A stretch of 63,805 bases of DNA, filler included, from Reclinomonas americana ATCC 50394 (taxonomy: Eukaryota): assembly GCA_048213135.1 (NCBI GenBank). It is 15 parts of 5 records of this genome, joined end to end, with 100 filler letters (N's around TTAATTAATTAA, not from the genome) between each part and the next. Parts side by side here need not be neighbours in the genome. Positions count along the whole stretch, not along the records: positions 60,448 to 63,805 come from PS015811.1; 14 more parts are not named here. One strand, given 5' to 3'. How positions within the stretch are numbered: position 1 is the stretch's first letter; every line of letters starts with the position of its first letter. Below the pieces are notes generated by a model, which did not search any database, had not been told where the DNA came from, and saw only the letters and a program-made list of their open reading frames with translations. Shown here piece after piece: positions 63,782 through 63,805 of the stretch. The translations under genes were made by a program, and so were the position numbers.

Positions 63782-63805
63782 CTGTGGTGGAGGAGGAGAG
63801 AGAGA

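Overview
Draft-assembly window from an intron-rich, GC-rich, flagellated unicellular eukaryote. Supporting signs are short GT-AG introns, CT/GT microsatellites and the axonemal gene CASC1/DNAI7. Contigs are joined by N-gaps and artificial 100-bp N-TTAATTAATTAA-N linkers. Genes recognised: RhoGAP, a large RNI-type LRR/coiled-coil protein, COQ2, a glycogen-branching-enzyme N-terminal fragment, PIGA, a RAMA-like-domain protein, a membrane-anchored yellow/MRJP protein, NUBPL/Ind1, CASC1, a tandem array of intronless WD40 genes, TRAPPC1, an RME-8/DNAJC13-like gene, a myxobacterial-type M36 metallopeptidase and an NADH-cytochrome b5 reductase. There is also a Kolobok/T2-like MITE. Most notable: (1) the RME-8-like protein lacks its J domain and carries a polyproline + WH2 + VASP-like actin-binding tail; (2) the WD40 array is recently rearranged, shares an unrecognised C-terminal module, and one copy is cut by a 73-bp tandem repeat; (3) shifted GTT(G/T/A)CGT splice donors are used very often; (4) the M36 protease continues codon-perfectly into an inverted contig encoding EGF-like repeats. 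All family calls come from recalled motifs and hand splicing, not database searches.
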